Positions 28,288 through 44,863 of a stretch of DNA of 64,000 bases are shown here, piece after piece. The notes under the pieces are model-generated. The model did not search any database, had not been told where the DNA came from, and saw only the letters and a program-made list of their open reading frames with translations. Position 1 is the stretch's first letter. Every line of letters starts with the position of its first letter. The translations under genes were made by a program, and so were the position numbers. The DNA is taken from the NCBI RefSeq assembly GCF_017348835.2, contig NZ_CP071375.1; one strand, written 5' to 3'. The DNA comes from Escherichia coli (GTDB lineage Bacteria > Pseudomonadota > Gammaproteobacteria > Enterobacterales > Enterobacteriaceae).

Positions 28288-29739
28288 ATGCATTTTCGCG
28301 CCATTACCCGAATCGTTGGACTACTGGTCATCTTATTTTCAGGGACCATGATTATCCCTGGGCTGGTAGCACTCATCTACCGGGATGGAGCGGGCCGCGC
28401 TTTTACCCAGACCTTTTTTGTCGCCCTCGCCATTGGCTCTATGCTGTGGTGGCCGAACCGCAAAGAGAAGGGCGAACTGAAATCCCGTGAGGGGTTTCTG
28501 ATAGTGGTGCTGTTCTGGACCGTGCTGGGTAGTGTCGGTGCGCTCCCTTTTATCTTCTCGGAAAGCCCGAACCTCACGATTACCGATGCGTTTTTTGAAT
28601 CTTTCTCTGGCCTGACCACCACCGGGGCCACTACGCTGGTGGGGCTGGATTCGCTCCCTCATGCCATCCTCTTTTATCGCCAGATGCTGCAATGGTTTGG
28701 CGGGATGGGGATCATCGTGTTAGCGGTTGCGATACTGCCTATCCTCGGCGTGGGTGGGATGCAGCTCTATCGTGCAGAAATGCCCGGCCCGCTGAAAGAT
28801 AACAAAATGCGCCCGCGAATTGCGGAAACGGCGAAAACCCTGTGGTTGATTTATGTCTTGCTGACCGTCGCCTGTGCGCTGGCGTTGTGGTTTGCCGGAA
28901 TGGATGCCTTTGATGCCATCGGCCATAGCTTTGCGACTATCGCTATTGGCGGCTTCTCGACACATGATGCCAGTATCGGTTATTTCGATAGCCCGACTAT
29001 TAACACTATCATTGCTATCTTCCTGCTGATCTCCGGCTGTAACTACGGTCTGCACTTTTCACTGTTAAGTGGGCGTAGTCTGAAGGTTTATTGGCGCGAT
29101 CCGGAATTTCGCATGTTTATCGGCGTACAGTTTACGCTGGTGGTTATTTGTACCCTCGTACTGTGGTTTCATAATGTCTACAGTTCGGCGCTGATGACAA
29201 TTAACCAGGCGTTTTTCCAGGTGGTGTCGATGGCGACAACCGCCGGGTTTACGACTGACAGCATTGCCCGCTGGCCGCTCTTTTTGCCGGTACTGCTTTT
29301 ATGTTCAGCTTTTATCGGCGGTTGTGCCGGGTCAACGGGCGGTGGCCTGAAAGTGATCCGCATCCTGCTGCTGTTTAAGCAGGGGAACCGTGAACTGAAA
29401 CGACTGGTGCATCCGAACGCCGTCTATAGCATTAAGCTGGGGAATCGCGCACTGCCGGAACGTATCCTCGAAGCCGTTTGGGGATTTTTCTCCGCCTATG
29501 CATTGGTGTTTATTGTCAGTATGCTGGCGATTATCGCCACGGGCGTGGATGACTTTTCTGCCTTTGCCTCGGTTGTTGCGACATTGAATAACCTGGGGCC
29601 AGGGCTTGGCGTGGTTGCTGATAACTTTACCAGTATGAACCCGGTGGCTAAATGGATCCTGATTGCCAACATGCTGTTTGGTCGTCTCGAGGTCTTTACA
29701 TTGCTGGTGCTCTTTACCCCGACTTTCTGGCGTGAATGA
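28288..29739 (+). CDS. trkH: Potassium uptake protein TrkH
   Basis: 483-aa polytopic ORF recognised as TrkH. Confidence 0.95.
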   Translation: MHFRAITRIVGLLVILFSGTMIIPGLVALIYRDGAGRAFTQTFFVALAIGSMLWWPNRKEKGELKSREGFLIVVLFWTVLGSVGALPFIFSESPNLTITDAFFESFSGLTTTGATTLVGLDSLPHAILFYRQMLQWFGGMGIIVLAVAILPILGVGGMQLYRAEMPGPLKDNKMRPRIAETAKTLWLIYVLLTVACALALWFAGMDAFDAIGHSFATIAIGGFSTHDASIGYFDSPTINTIIAIFLLISGCNYGLHFSLLSGRSLKVYWRDPEFRMFIGVQFTLVVICTLVLWFHNVYSSALMTINQAFFQVVSMATTAGFTTDSIARWPLFLPVLLLCSAFIGGCAGSTGGGLKVIRILLLFKQGNRELKRLVHPNAVYSIKLGNRALPERILEAVWGFFSAYALVFIVSMLAIIATGVDDFSAFASVVATLNNLGPGLGVVADNFTSMNPVAKWILIANMLFGRLEVFTLLVLFTPTFWRE

Positions 29740-29750
29740 TGGAGTAATAC

Positions 29751-30296
29751 GTGAAAACATTAATTCTTTTCTCAACAAGGGACGGACAAACGCGCGAGAT
29801 TGCCTCCTACCTGGCTTCGGAACTGAAAGAACTGGGGATCCAGGCGGATGTCGCCAATGTGCACCGCATTGAAGAACCACAATGGGAAAATTATGACCGT
29901 GTGGTCATTGGTGCTTCTATTCGCTATGGTCACTACCACTCTGCGTTCCAGGAATTTGTCAAAAAACATGCGACGCGACTGAATTCGATGCCGAGCGCCT
30001 TTTATTCCGTAAACCTGGTGGCGCGCAAACCGGAGAAGCGTACTCCACAGACCAACAGCTACGCGCGGAAGTTTCTGATGAACTCGCAATGGCGTCCCGA
30101 TCGCTGCGCGGTCATTGCCGGGGCGCTGCGTTACCCACGTTATCGCTGGTACGACCGTTTTATGATCAAGCTGATTATGAAGATGTCAGGCGGTGAAACG
30201 GATACGCGCAAAGAAGTTGTCTATACCGATTGGGAGCAGGTGGCGAATTTCGCCCGAGAAATCGCCCATTTAACCGACAAACCGACGCTGAAATAA
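29751..30296 (+). CDS. hemG: Flavodoxin-like protoporphyrinogen oxidase HemG
   Basis: 181-aa ORF, GTG start, flavodoxin fold, recognised as HemG. Confidence 0.95.
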   Translation: MKTLILFSTRDGQTREIASYLASELKELGIQADVANVHRIEEPQWENYDRVVIGASIRYGHYHSAFQEFVKKHATRLNSMPSAFYSVNLVARKPEKRTPQTNSYARKFLMNSQWRPDRCAVIAGALRYPRYRWYDRFMIKLIMKMSGGETDTRKEVVYTDWEQVANFAREIAHLTDKPTLK

Positions 30297-30345
30297 GCAT
30301 AAAGAATAAAAAATGCGCGGTCAGAAAATTATTTTAAATTTCCTC

Positions 30346-30373
30346 TTGTCAGGCCGGAATAACTCCCTATAAT
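30346..30373 (+). promoter_or_regulatory. rrnA P1 promoter (-35 TTGTCA, 16-bp spacer, -10 TATAAT) with AT-rich UP/Fis region upstream
   Basis: TTGTCAGGCCGGAATAACTCCCTATAAT; canonical rrn P1 architecture. Confidence 0.75.
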
Positions 30374-30464
30374 GCGCCACCACTGACACGGAACAACGGC
30401 AAACACGCCGCCGGGTCAGCGGGGTTCTCCTGAGAATTCCGGCAGAGAAAGCAAAAATAAATGC

Positions 30465-30492
30465 TTGACTCTGTAGCGGGAAAGCGTATTAT
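30465..30492 (+). promoter_or_regulatory. rrnA P2 promoter (-35 TTGACT, -10 TATTAT)
   Basis: TTGACTCTGTAGCGGGAAAGCGTATTAT about 120 bp downstream of P1. Confidence 0.7.
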
Positions 30493-30529
30493 GCACACCC
30501 CGAGCCGCTGAGAAAAAGCGAAGCGGCAC

Positions 30530-30542
30530 TGCTCTTTAACAA
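30530..30542 (+). promoter_or_regulatory. rrn leader boxA antitermination element
   Basis: TGCTCTTTAACAA in the leader between P2 and 16S. Confidence 0.7.
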
Positions 30543-30673
30543 TTTATCAGACAATCTGTGTGGGCACTCGAAGATACGGATTCTTAACGTCGCAAGACGA
30601 AAAATGAATACCAAGTCTCAAGAGTGAACACGTAATTCATTACGAAGTTTAATTCTTTGAGCATCAAACTTTT

Positions 30674-32215
<1,542 letters not shown>

Positions 32216-32283
32216 CCTTAAAGAAGCGTTCTTTGTAGTGCTCACACAGATTGTCTGATGAAAATGAGCAGTAAAACCTCTAC

Positions 32284-32360
<77 letters not shown>

Positions 32361-32402
32361 AATTTGCACGGCAAATTTGAAGAGGTTTTAACTACATGTT
32401 AT

Positions 32403-32478
32403 GGGGCTATAGCTCAGCTGGGAGAGCGCCTGCTTTGCACGCAGGAGGTCTGCGGTTCGATCCCGCATAGCTCCACCA
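32403..32478 (+). tRNA. alaT: tRNA-Ala (TGC anticodon)
   Basis: GGGGCTATAGCTCAGCTGGGAGAGCGCCTGCTTTGCACGCAGGAGGTCTGCGGTTCGATCCCGCATAGCTCCACCA. Confidence 0.97.
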
Positions 32479-32652
32479 TCTCTGTAGTGATTAAATAAAA
32501 AATACTTCAGAGTGTACCTGCAAAGGTTCACTGCGAAGTTTTGCTCTTTAAAAATCTGGATCAAGCTGAAAATTGAAACACTGAACAATGAAAGTTGTTC
32601 GTGAGTCTCTCAAATTTTCGCAACTCTGAAGTGAAACATCTTCGGGTTGTGA

Positions 32653-35555
<2,903 letters not shown>

Positions 35556-35648
35556 ACAACGCCGAAGGTGTTTTGGCGGATTGAGAGAAGATTTTCAGCC
35601 TGATACAGATTAAATCAGAACGCAGAAGCGGTCTGATAAAACAGAATT

Positions 35649-35768
35649 TGCCTGGCGGCCGTAGCGCGGTGGTCCCACCTGACCCCATGCCGAACTCAGA
35701 AGTGAAACGCCGTAGCGCCGATGGTAGTGTGGGGTCTCCCCATGCGAGAGTAGGGAACTGCCAGGCAT
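35649..35768 (+). rRNA. rrfA: 5S ribosomal RNA
   Basis: TGCCTGGCGGCCGTAGCGCGGTGGTCCCACCTGACCCCATGCCGAACTCAG...CTGCCAGGCAT, 120 nt. Confidence 0.97.
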
Positions 35769-35779
35769 CAAATTAAGCG

Positions 35780-35808
35780 AAAGGCCATCCGTCAGGATGG
35801 CCTTTTTG
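35780..35808 (+). terminator. rrnA operon rho-independent terminator
   Basis: AAAGGCCATCCGTCAGGATGGCCTTTTTG hairpin plus T-run immediately after 5S. Confidence 0.75.
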
Positions 35809-35826
35809 CATTGGCGCAGAAAAAAA

Positions 35827-35860
35827 TGCCGGATGCGACGCTGGCGCGTCTGCTCCAGCC
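35827..35860. repeat. REP element
   Basis: GCCGGATGCGACGCTGGCGCGTCTGCTCCAGCCTAC-type palindromic unit. Confidence 0.5.
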
Positions 35861-35869
35861 TACTCTTGC

Positions 35870-36397
35870 TTATCCGTCCTGATTTTGCATCCACTCCACC
35901 ACAAAATCAGCCAGCCCCTCAACATCATTAATATCCAGTAATGCGACATCAAGATTAAGCGGCACATCACTGGCTACAGCAATAACATGCCTGTCTATCA
36001 CTAATTCTTCAGGTCGATGTCCGGCTCCATCGCGAAACAGCACAATCTTTGCGATCTCTTCATGCTTAAACTCTTCGACCAGAATCAAATCCAGCTTTGA
36101 GGTATCCATTCGACTTGCGAGAAAATGTAGATCCAGCTCTTCTTCGTCTGGTGTTTCCGTCATCAAGGCCCATCGTTGCTGGCTGGCAACGATGGTTTGT
36201 GCCGCGCCAGCCTTGCGCAGCTCATAGCTATCTTTGCCTGGCTTATCAACATCCATATCATGGTGCGTATGCTTAATCAGCCCTGGACGGATCCCTCTGG
36301 CGCATAATGCCGGGATCAGTTTTTTCAAAAGCGTAGTTTTTCCGGTACCACTCCACGCGGCAAAGGCGAGTAACGGTATCATCGTTTTTCCTGCCAT
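35870..36397 (-). CDS. mobB: Molybdopterin-guanine dinucleotide biosynthesis adapter MobB
   Basis: 175-aa ORF with Walker A GTGKTT; recognised as MobB. Confidence 0.93.
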   Translation of the reverse strand: MAGKTMIPLLAFAAWSGTGKTTLLKKLIPALCARGIRPGLIKHTHHDMDVDKPGKDSYELRKAGAAQTIVASQQRWALMTETPDEEELDLHFLASRMDTSKLDLILVEEFKHEEIAKIVLFRDGAGHRPEELVIDRHVIAVASDVPLNLDVALLDINDVEGLADFVVEWMQNQDG

Positions 36398-36963
36398 CGG
36401 GCAAGCTCCTCTGGCGTATTCACGTTAACAAATGCATCTTTATGATCGCTGAAATCAACCGCATGACCGCCAGCCAGACGCATAAATGCCATTACCCGGC
36501 GTTCTCCTGCTTGCAGATATTCCAGTAATAAAGGCTCAATAGCGCGGTTTACCAGAGCAATAGTCGGGTGATCGCGTTCACCGTCATGGACCCACACGAC
36601 AGGCGCATCTTTGCGCTGATGATTAAGCCTGGCTGCTAAATCAGGGGGAATGTAAGGCGTATCGCACGGGCAAAACAAAAACCACTCACCAGCTTCCTGC
36701 TGCATTACTGAAAGCATTCCTGCCAGAGGGCCTGGGTAATCCGCCAGTGAATCTTCAATCACTTTCAGACCGCCTGCCTGATAGATTTCCTGATGACGAT
36801 TAGCATTAACCACGACGTGAGAGAGCTGCGTCATAAGCGCGTCAGCGACATGTTGCCACAGCGGTTTGCCATTTAAGTCCAGCAATCCTTTATCTACGCC
36901 GCCCATTCGTCTGGCTTTACCGCCTGCCAGCACAACGCCTGTTATCGTCGTCATCAGATTCAC
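36379..36963 (-). CDS. mobA: Molybdenum cofactor guanylyltransferase MobA
   Basis: 194-aa ORF recognised as MobA; 19-nt overlap with mobB. Confidence 0.93.
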
Positions 36964-37032
36964 CGATATCGCCTCTTTTATTGTGGGATTGACCCTGCTA
37001 ACGTGTCTGTCTCAAGAGTAAGGAGCATCACT

Positions 37033-37302
37033 ATGAAATGTAAACGTCTGAATGAAGTTATTGAACTCCTCCAGCCAGCCTGGCAAAAAGAGCCAGACCT
37101 TAACCTGTTGCAATTTTTGCAGAAACTGGCGAAAGAGTCAGGTTTTGACGGCGAACTGGCGGATTTGACGGATGACATTCTGATCTATCACCTGAAAATG
37201 CGTGATTCCGCGAAAGATGCGGTGATCCCGGGTTTGCAGAAAGATTATGAAGAAGACTTCAAAACGGCGCTGTTACGCGCTCGTGGCGTAATTAAAGAGT
37301 AA
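37033..37302 (+). CDS. yihD: DUF1040 protein YihD
   Basis: ORF track 37003..37302; Met11 ([13 protein letters not shown]) preceded by AGGAG gives 89 aa. Confidence 0.88.
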
Positions 37303-37378
37303 AAGCTTGTAAGCGGCGCCACCAAAATCATCGTGAAATGATATCCTTCATCATTCGTAATGTTTTCCGGATGATGGG

Positions 37379-38365
37379 ATGAACAACAGCGCTTTTACTT
37401 TCCAGACACTACACCCGGATACCATCATGGACGCTCTGTTTGAACAAGGGATCCGGGTGGATTCCGGTCTTACCCCGCTTAACAGCTATGAAAACCGTGT
37501 CTATCAATTTCAGGACGAAGATCGTCGACGTTTTGTCGTCAAATTTTATCGTCCTGAACGTTGGACAGCCGATCAAATCCTCGAAGAACATCAATTTGCG
37601 TTGCAGCTGGTAAATGATGAAGTTCCGGTTGCAGCACCTGTGGCTTTTAACGGTCAGACTTTATTGAATCATCAGGGATTTTATTTCGCTGTTTTTCCCA
37701 GCGTCGGTGGTCGCCAGTTCGAAGCTGATAATATCGATCAGATGGAAGCGGTTGGGCGTTATTTAGGGCGTATGCACCAGACGGGGCGCAAACAGCTTTT
37801 TATCCATCGCCCGACCATCGGTCTGAATGAATATCTCATTGAGCCACGCAAGCTGTTTGAGGACGCTACACTGATACCTTCCGGGTTGAAAGCGGCATTC
37901 CTGAAAGCGACAGATGAGCTGATCGCCGCCGTTACAGCACACTGGCGGGAAGACTTCACCGTTCTGCGGCTACATGGAGACTGCCACGCCGGGAATATTC
38001 TCTGGCGCGATGGTCCAATGTTTGTTGATCTGGATGATGCACGTAATGGTCCAGCTATTCAGGATTTGTGGATGTTGCTCAATGGCGATAAAGCCGAGCA
38101 GCGGATGCAACTGGAAACTATTATTGAAGCTTATGAAGAATTTAGCGAGTTCGACACCGCTGAAATCGGACTGATTGAACCTTTACGCGCCATGCGTTTG
38201 GTTTATTATCTTGCCTGGCTAATGCGGCGTTGGGCTGATCCCGCGTTCCCGAAAAATTTCCCGTGGTTAACCGGGGAAGATTACTGGCTACGACAGACGG
38301 CGACTTTTATAGAACAGGCAAAAGTTCTACAAGAACCCCCTTTGCAATTAACACCTATGTATTAA
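37379..38365 (+). CDS. srkA: Stress response Ser/Thr kinase SrkA (RdoA/YihE)
   Basis: 328-aa ORF, aminoglycoside-phosphotransferase-like kinase fold (HGDCHAGN catalytic loop). Confidence 0.93.
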   Translation: MNNSAFTFQTLHPDTIMDALFEQGIRVDSGLTPLNSYENRVYQFQDEDRRRFVVKFYRPERWTADQILEEHQFALQLVNDEVPVAAPVAFNGQTLLNHQGFYFAVFPSVGGRQFEADNIDQMEAVGRYLGRMHQTGRKQLFIHRPTIGLNEYLIEPRKLFEDATLIPSGLKAAFLKATDELIAAVTAHWREDFTVLRLHGDCHAGNILWRDGPMFVDLDDARNGPAIQDLWMLLNGDKAEQRMQLETIIEAYEEFSEFDTAEIGLIEPLRAMRLVYYLAWLMRRWADPAFPKNFPWLTGEDYWLRQTATFIEQAKVLQEPPLQLTPMY

Positions 38366-38381
38366 TCGGAGAGAGTAGATC

Positions 38382-39008
38382 ATGAAAAAGATTTGGCTGG
38401 CGCTGGCTGGTTTAGTTTTAGCGTTTAGCGCATCGGCGGCGCAGTATGAAGATGGTAAACAGTACACTACCCTGGAAAAACCGGTAGCTGGCGCGCCGCA
38501 AGTGCTGGAGTTTTTCTCTTTCTTCTGCCCGCACTGCTATCAGTTTGAAGAAGTTCTGCATATTTCTGATAATGTGAAGAAAAAACTGCCGGAAGGCGTG
38601 AAGATGACTAAATACCACGTCAACTTCATGGGTGGTGACCTGGGCAAAGATCTGACTCAGGCATGGGCTGTGGCGATGGCGCTGGGCGTGGAAGACAAAG
38701 TGACTGTTCCGCTGTTTGAAGGCGTACAGAAAACCCAGACCATTCGTTCTGCTTCTGATATCCGCGATGTATTTATCAACGCAGGTATTAAAGGTGAAGA
38801 GTACGACGCGGCGTGGAACAGCTTCGTGGTGAAATCTCTGGTCGCTCAGCAGGAAAAAGCTGCAGCTGACGTGCAATTGCGTGGTGTTCCGGCGATGTTT
38901 GTTAACGGTAAATATCAGCTGAATCCGCAGGGTATGGATACCAGCAATATGGATGTTTTTGTTCAGCAGTATGCTGATACAGTGAAATATCTGTCCGAGA
39001 AAAAATAA
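38382..39008 (+). CDS. dsbA: Periplasmic thiol:disulfide oxidoreductase DsbA
   Basis: 208-aa ORF with signal peptide and CPHC active site. Confidence 0.97.
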
Positions 39009-39027
39009 TTCAATGTAAATTACATAA

Positions 39028-39057
39028 AGCCCGTGAATATTCACGGGCTTTTTTTAT
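39028..39057 (+). terminator. Rho-independent terminator after dsbA
   Basis: AGCCCGTGAATATTCACGGGCT hairpin followed by TTTTTTTATT. Confidence 0.75.
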
Positions 39058-39162
39058 TATTTAATAAATATAAATACATTCTGATAATGCATCCTGCCGC
39101 TGGACATTATTTCAGCATAAGTGGATATTCAAAGTTTTGCTGTTTTATCAGGGAATATTTAT

Positions 39163-40593
39163 ATGATACGTAAGTCAGCTACAGGTGTTATTGTTGCGTT
39201 AGCCGTAATCTGGGGTGGTGGCACATGGTACACAGGTACGCAAATTCAGCCTGGTGTCGAAAAATTTATTAAAGATTTTAACGATGCTAAAAAGAAAGGT
39301 GAACATGCCTACGATATGACGTTAAGTTATCAAAATTTTGACAAAGGCTTTTTTAATTCCCGTTTTCAAATGCAAATGACATTCGATAACGGTGCACCTG
39401 ATCTCAATATCAAGCCAGGCCAGAAAGTTGTATTTGATGTGGATGTTGAGCACGGTCCGTTGCCCATCACAATGTTAATGCATGGTAATGTCATCCCAGC
39501 ACTGGCAGCGGCAAAAGTGAACTTAGTGAATAATGAACTGACACAACCGCTATTTATCGCCGCGAAAAATAAATCGCCCGTGGAAGCGACATTGCGATTC
39601 GCGTTTGGTGGCTCATTCTCCACGACATTAGATGTTGCCCCTGCAGAGTATGGAAAATTCTCTTTTGGTGAAGGCCAGTTTACTTTTAATGGTGATGGTA
39701 GTTCATTGTCTAACCTGGATATTGAAGGCAAAGTCGAAGATATTGTTCTGCAATTTTCACCAATGAACAAAGTAACGGCGAAAAGTTTTACCATTGATTC
39801 TCTGGCGCGATTAGAAGAAAAGAAATTTCCGGTTGGTGAAAGCGAGTCGAAATTTAATCAGATTAACATTATCAATCACGGGGAAGACGTTGCCCAAATC
39901 GATGCTTTCGTTGCAAAAACCAGGCTGGAACGCGTTAAAGACAAAGATTATATCAATGTCAATCTGACCTACGAACTTGATAAGTTAACAAAAGGGAATC
40001 AGCAACTCGGTAGTGGTGAGTGGTCATTGATTGCTGAATCTATTGATCCCTCAGCAGTGCGCCAATTTATCATCCAGTATAACATTGCGATGCAGAAGCA
40101 GCTTGCTGCACACCCTGAGTTAGCAAACGATGAAGTTGCTCTGCAAGAAGTGAATGCTGCATTGTTCAAAGAGTATTTACCGTTATTACAACAAAGTGAG
40201 CCGACCATTAAACAACCGGTAAGATGGAAGAACGCACTCGGCGAACTAAATGCCAATCTGGATATCAGTATTGCCGACCCAGCCAAATCTTCATCATCCA
40301 CAAACAAAGATATCAAATCGCTCAATTTTGATGTGAAGTTACCGCTTAATGTCGTCACAGAAACCGCAAAACAGCTTAATTTATCTGAAGGAATGGATGC
40401 GGAAAAAGCGCAAAAGCAGGCTGATAAACAAATCAGCGGGATGATGACATTAGGTCAGATGTTTCAGTTAATCACGATTGACAACAATACCGCCTCGCTG
40501 CAGCTGCGTTATACACCGGGTAAAGTTGTTTTTAACGGACAGGAGATGAGCGAAGAAGAATTTATGTCTCGTGCCGGACGTTTTGTTCATTAA
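39163..40593 (+). CDS. yihF: DUF945 family protein YihF (signal-anchored, secreted/periplasmic)
   Basis: ORF track 39121..40593; Met15 (MIRKSATGVIVALAVIWGGG) gives 476 aa. Confidence 0.85.
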   Translation: MIRKSATGVIVALAVIWGGGTWYTGTQIQPGVEKFIKDFNDAKKKGEHAYDMTLSYQNFDKGFFNSRFQMQMTFDNGAPDLNIKPGQKVVFDVDVEHGPLPITMLMHGNVIPALAAAKVNLVNNELTQPLFIAAKNKSPVEATLRFAFGGSFSTTLDVAPAEYGKFSFGEGQFTFNGDGSSLSNLDIEGKVEDIVLQFSPMNKVTAKSFTIDSLARLEEKKFPVGESESKFNQINIINHGEDVAQIDAFVAKTRLERVKDKDYINVNLTYELDKLTKGNQQLGSGEWSLIAESIDPSAVRQFIIQYNIAMQKQLAAHPELANDEVALQEVNAALFKEYLPLLQQSEPTIKQPVRWKNALGELNANLDISIADPAKSSSSTNKDIKSLNFDVKLPLNVVTETAKQLNLSEGMDAEKAQKQADKQISGMMTLGQMFQLITIDNNTASLQLRYTPGKVVFNGQEMSEEEFMSRAGRFVH

Positions 40594-40598
40594 AATAC

Positions 40599-40630
40599 TC
40601 ACTCGCCTCTGCTCATTCAGAGGCGAGTAA
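40599..40630. terminator. Shared hairpin between convergent yihF and yihG
   Basis: CTCGCCTCTG - loop - AGAGGCGAG stem located between the two stop codons. Confidence 0.5.
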
Positions 40631-40633
40631 AAC

Positions 40634-41566
40634 TTACTTATTCTGACGCTGTGATGACATGAGAGACGTCAGAAGCCGGTCTTTTTCCTGCCACAATGAG
40701 TTCAGCCATTGCTGAAAATGGCGCTTAAAGCTTTTGTCATTGATGTAGTCGCCATGTAACTCATCGGCAATAGGCTGTAAATCCACATGTACGACAATCC
40801 GCGTCAGTTTACCGCTTAACATATCGAAGAACGGCTGACGGTTATTGTCCGGATAACACAACGTAACATTAAGCAGTTTATCGAATTGTTTACCCAGTAC
40901 ATTTAGCGCCATCGCAATGCCTGCCGCCTTTGGTGGCAACAAGTTTTGGAAAGTGGAGTGGGTTTGCTGATGTTTTTCTTGCGTGAAACGGGAGCCTTCA
41001 ACGAAATTGACAATGGTGGTGGGATGCAGGCGAAACTTTTCACAAGAACGCCGAGTGGTTTCAACATCTTTACCACGTCGCTCCGGATGACGTAATAAAT
41101 AAGCGCGGGAATAACGCTTCATAAACGGCATATCCAGCGCCCAGCACGCCAGGCCAAGAAATGGCACCCAGGCCAGCTGTTGCTTGAGGAAATATTTATT
41201 CATCGGAATGTGCTTACGAAACAGCACGCACAGTACGACAATATCTGCCCAACTACGGTGGTTACAAATAAGCAGATACCAGTTCTTCTTACTTAACCCT
41301 TCCAGCCCGTGAACTTCCCATTGCAGGTGTGGGTTCAGATGCAGTAATACCGCCAGACCTTCACACCAGCAATACATCATAAAATCACAAAAACGCGAAA
41401 CCTTTCGCCAAATGACTGGCACAGGTAGCAATAGTTTTACAATCCCGGCAATGATGATCGGGACGGAACAAAAAATAGTGACCAAAATGGTCAATACGAT
41501 ACTCAGCAAAAGGGTTATCGCAGCGAGTATTCTCGTCATAATGAATTTATTCAAAAGGTTAGCCAT
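40634..41566 (-). CDS. yihG: Membrane-bound acyltransferase YihG (PlsC family)
   Basis: ORF track 40634..41590; Met9 ([17 protein letters not shown]) gives 310 aa; [10 protein letters not shown] acyltransferase motif. Confidence 0.85.
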   Translation of the reverse strand: MANLLNKFIMTRILAAITLLLSIVLTILVTIFCSVPIIIAGIVKLLLPVPVIWRKVSRFCDFMMYCWCEGLAVLLHLNPHLQWEVHGLEGLSKKNWYLLICNHRSWADIVVLCVLFRKHIPMNKYFLKQQLAWVPFLGLACWALDMPFMKRYSRAYLLRHPERRGKDVETTRRSCEKFRLHPTTIVNFVEGSRFTQEKHQQTHSTFQNLLPPKAAGIAMALNVLGKQFDKLLNVTLCYPDNNRQPFFDMLSGKLTRIVVHVDLQPIADELHGDYINDKSFKRHFQQWLNSLWQEKDRLLTSLMSSQRQNK

Positions 41567-41929
41567 AGACAGTGCGCTAAAGAAGCGCAAGGCGCAGATT
41601 TTAGCAGAAAACGACCCAAATAACGGATGATCCTTAAGGAGAAAAATAATTCATATCTATCCACATTAGAAAAAATCCCATTATCTCAATTATTAGGGAT
41701 GGCTTTATTTTTAACTGCATGAAAAACAAAGACAAACATCATGCTGTAAAAAGCATGATAATAAATTAAAAGCGATGTAAATAATTTATGCACAAAGTTA
41801 TCCACATGACGATTTGCGAGCGATCCAGAAGATCTACAAAAGATTTTCACGAAAAGCGGTGAAAAACTCATGTTTTTATCCTGTCTGTGGCATCCTTTAC
41901 CCATAATCTGATAAACAGGCACGGACATT

Positions 41930-44716
41930 ATGGTTCAGATCCCCCAAAATCCACTTATCCTTGTAGATGGTTCATCTTATCTTTATCGCGCATATCACGC
42001 GTTTCCCCCGCTGACTAACAGCGCAGGCGAGCCGACCGGTGCGATGTATGGTGTCCTCAACATGCTGCGCAGTCTGATCATGCAATATAAACCGACGCAT
42101 GCAGCGGTGGTCTTTGACGCCAAGGGAAAAACCTTTCGTGATGAACTGTTTGAACATTACAAATCACATCGCCCGCCAATGCCGGACGATCTGCGAGCAC
42201 AAATCGAACCCTTGCACGCGATGGTTAAAGCGATGGGACTGCCGCTGCTGGCGGTTTCTGGCGTAGAAGCGGACGACGTTATCGGTACTCTGGCGCGCGA
42301 AGCCGAAAAAGCCGGGCGTCCGGTGCTGATCAGCACTGGCGATAAAGATATGGCGCAGCTGGTGACGCCAAATATTACGCTTATCAATACCATGACGAAT
42401 ACCATCCTCGGACCGGAAGAGGTGGTGAATAAGTACGGCGTGCCGCCAGAACTGATCATCGATTTCCTGGCGCTGATGGGTGACTCCTCTGATAACATTC
42501 CTGGCGTACCGGGCGTCGGTGAAAAAACCGCGCAGGCATTGCTGCAAGGTCTTGGCGGGCTGGATACGCTGTATGCCGAGCCAGAAAAAATTGCTGGGTT
42601 GAGCTTCCGTGGCGCGAAAACAATGGCAGCGAAGCTCGAGCAAAACAAAGAAGTTGCTTATCTCTCATACCAGCTGGCGACGATTAAAACCGACGTTGAA
42701 CTGGAGCTGACCTGTGAACAACTGGAAGTGCAGCAACCGGCAGCGGAAGAGTTGTTGGGGCTGTTCAAAAAGTATGAGTTCAAACGCTGGACTGCTGATG
42801 TCGAAGCGGGCAAATGGTTACAGGCCAAAGGGGCAAAACCCGCCGCGAAGCCACAGGAAACCAGTGTTGCAGACGAAGCACCAGAAGTGACGGCAACGGT
42901 GATTTCTTATGGCAACTACGTCACCATCCTTGATGAAGAAACACTGAAAGCGTGGATTGCGAAGCTGGAAAAAGCGCCGGTATTTGCATTTGATACCGAA
43001 ACCGACAGCCTTGATAACATCTCTGCTAACCTGGTCGGGCTTTCTTTTGCTATCGAGCCAGGCGTAGCGGCATATATTCCGGTTGCTCATGATTATCTTG
43101 ATGCGCCCGATCAAATCTCTCGCGAGCGTGCACTCGAGTTGCTAAAACCGCTGCTGGAAGATGAAAAGGCGCTGAAGGTCGGGCAAAACCTGAAATACGA
43201 TCGCGGTATTCTGGCGAATTACGGCATTGAGCTGCGTGGGATTGCGTTTGATACCATGCTGGAGTCCTACATTCTCAATAGCGTTGCTGGCCGTCACGAT
43301 ATGGACAGCCTCGCAGAACGTTGGTTGAAGCACAAAACCATCACTTTTGAAGAGATTGCGGGTAAAGGCAAAAATCAACTGACCTTTAACCAGATTGCCC
43401 TCGAAGAGGCCGGACGTTACGCCGCCGAAGATGCAGATGTCACCTTGCAGTTGCATCTGAAAATGTGGCCGGATCTGCAAAAACACAAAGGGCCGTTGAA
43501 CGTCTTCGAGAATATCGAAATGCCGCTGGTGCCGGTGCTTTCACGCATTGAACGTAACGGTGTGAAGATCGATCCGAAAGTGCTGCACAATCATTCTGAA
43601 GAGCTTACCTTGCGTCTGGCTGAGCTGGAAAAGAAAGCGCATGAAATTGCAGGTGAGGAATTTAACCTTTCTTCCACCAAGCAGTTACAAACCATTCTGT
43701 TTGAAAAACAGGGCATTAAACCGCTGAAGAAAACGCCGGGTGGCGCGCCGTCAACGTCGGAAGAGGTACTGGAAGAACTGGCGCTGGACTATCCGTTGCC
43801 AAAAGTGATTCTGGAGTATCGTGGTCTGGCGAAGCTGAAATCGACCTACACCGACAAGCTGCCGCTGATGATCAACCCGAAAACCGGGCGTGTGCATACC
43901 TCTTATCACCAGGCAGTAACTGCAACGGGACGTTTATCGTCAACCGATCCTAACCTGCAAAACATTCCGGTACGTAACGAAGAAGGTCGCCGTATCCGCC
44001 AGGCGTTTATTGCGCCAGAGGATTATGTGATTGTCTCAGCGGACTACTCGCAGATTGAACTGCGCATTATGGCGCATCTCTCGCGTGACAAAGGCTTGCT
44101 GACCGCATTCGCGGAAGGAAAAGATATCCACCGGGCAACGGCGGCAGAAGTGTTTGGTTTGCCACTGGAAACCGTCACCAGCGAGCAACGCCGTAGCGCG
44201 AAAGCGATCAACTTTGGTCTGATTTATGGCATGAGTGCTTTCGGTCTGGCGCGGCAATTGAACATTCCACGTAAAGAAGCGCAGAAGTACATGGACCTTT
44301 ACTTCGAACGCTACCCTGGCGTGCTGGAGTATATGGAACGCACCCGTGCTCAGGCGAAAGAGCAGGGCTACGTTGAAACGCTGGACGGACGCCGTCTGTA
44401 TCTGCCGGATATCAAATCCAGCAATGGTGCTCGTCGTGCAGCGGCTGAACGTGCAGCCATTAACGCGCCAATGCAGGGAACCGCCGCCGACATTATCAAA
44501 CGGGCGATGATTGCCGTTGATGCGTGGTTACAGGCTGAGCAACCGCGTGTACGTATGATCATGCAGGTACACGATGAACTGGTATTTGAAGTCCATAAAG
44601 ATGATGTCGATGCCGTCGCGAAGCAGATTCATCAACTGATGGAAAACTGTACCCGTCTGGATGTGCCGTTGCTGGTGGAAGTGGGGAGTGGCGAAAACTG
44701 GGATCAGGCGCACTAA
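41930..44716 (+). CDS. polA: DNA polymerase I
   Basis: 928-aa ORF with 5'-3' exonuclease, 3'-5' exonuclease and polymerase domains (motif A DYSQIELR, motif C QVHDEL). Confidence 0.98.
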   Translation: MVQIPQNPLILVDGSSYLYRAYHAFPPLTNSAGEPTGAMYGVLNMLRSLIMQYKPTHAAVVFDAKGKTFRDELFEHYKSHRPPMPDDLRAQIEPLHAMVKAMGLPLLAVSGVEADDVIGTLAREAEKAGRPVLISTGDKDMAQLVTPNITLINTMTNTILGPEEVVNKYGVPPELIIDFLALMGDSSDNIPGVPGVGEKTAQALLQGLGGLDTLYAEPEKIAGLSFRGAKTMAAKLEQNKEVAYLSYQLATIKTDVELELTCEQLEVQQPAAEELLGLFKKYEFKRWTADVEAGKWLQAKGAKPAAKPQETSVADEAPEVTATVISYGNYVTILDEETLKAWIAKLEKAPVFAFDTETDSLDNISANLVGLSFAIEPGVAAYIPVAHDYLDAPDQISRERALELLKPLLEDEKALKVGQNLKYDRGILANYGIELRGIAFDTMLESYILNSVAGRHDMDSLAERWLKHKTITFEEIAGKGKNQLTFNQIALEEAGRYAAEDADVTLQLHLKMWPDLQKHKGPLNVFENIEMPLVPVLSRIERNGVKIDPKVLHNHSEELTLRLAELEKKAHEIAGEEFNLSSTKQLQTILFEKQGIKPLKKTPGGAPSTSEEVLEELALDYPLPKVILEYRGLAKLKSTYTDKLPLMINPKTGRVHTSYHQAVTATGRLSSTDPNLQNIPVRNEEGRRIRQAFIAPEDYVIVSADYSQIELRIMAHLSRDKGLLTAFAEGKDIHRATAAEVFGLPLETVTSEQRRSAKAINFGLIYGMSAFGLARQLNIPRKEAQKYMDLYFERYPGVLEYMERTRAQAKEQGYVETLDGRRLYLPDIKSSNGARRAAAERAAINAPMQGTAADIIKRAMIAVDAWLQAEQPRVRMIMQVHDELVFEVHKDDVDAVAKQIHQLMENCTRLDVPLLVEVGSGENWDQAH

Positions 44717-44863
44717 GATTCGCCTGAACATGCCCTTTTTTCGTAAGTAAGCAACATAAGCTGTCACGTTTTGTGATGGCTATTAGAAATTCCTATGCAA
44801 CAACTGAAAAAAAATTACAAAAAGTGCTTTCTGAACTGAACAAAAAAGAGTAAAGTTAGTCGC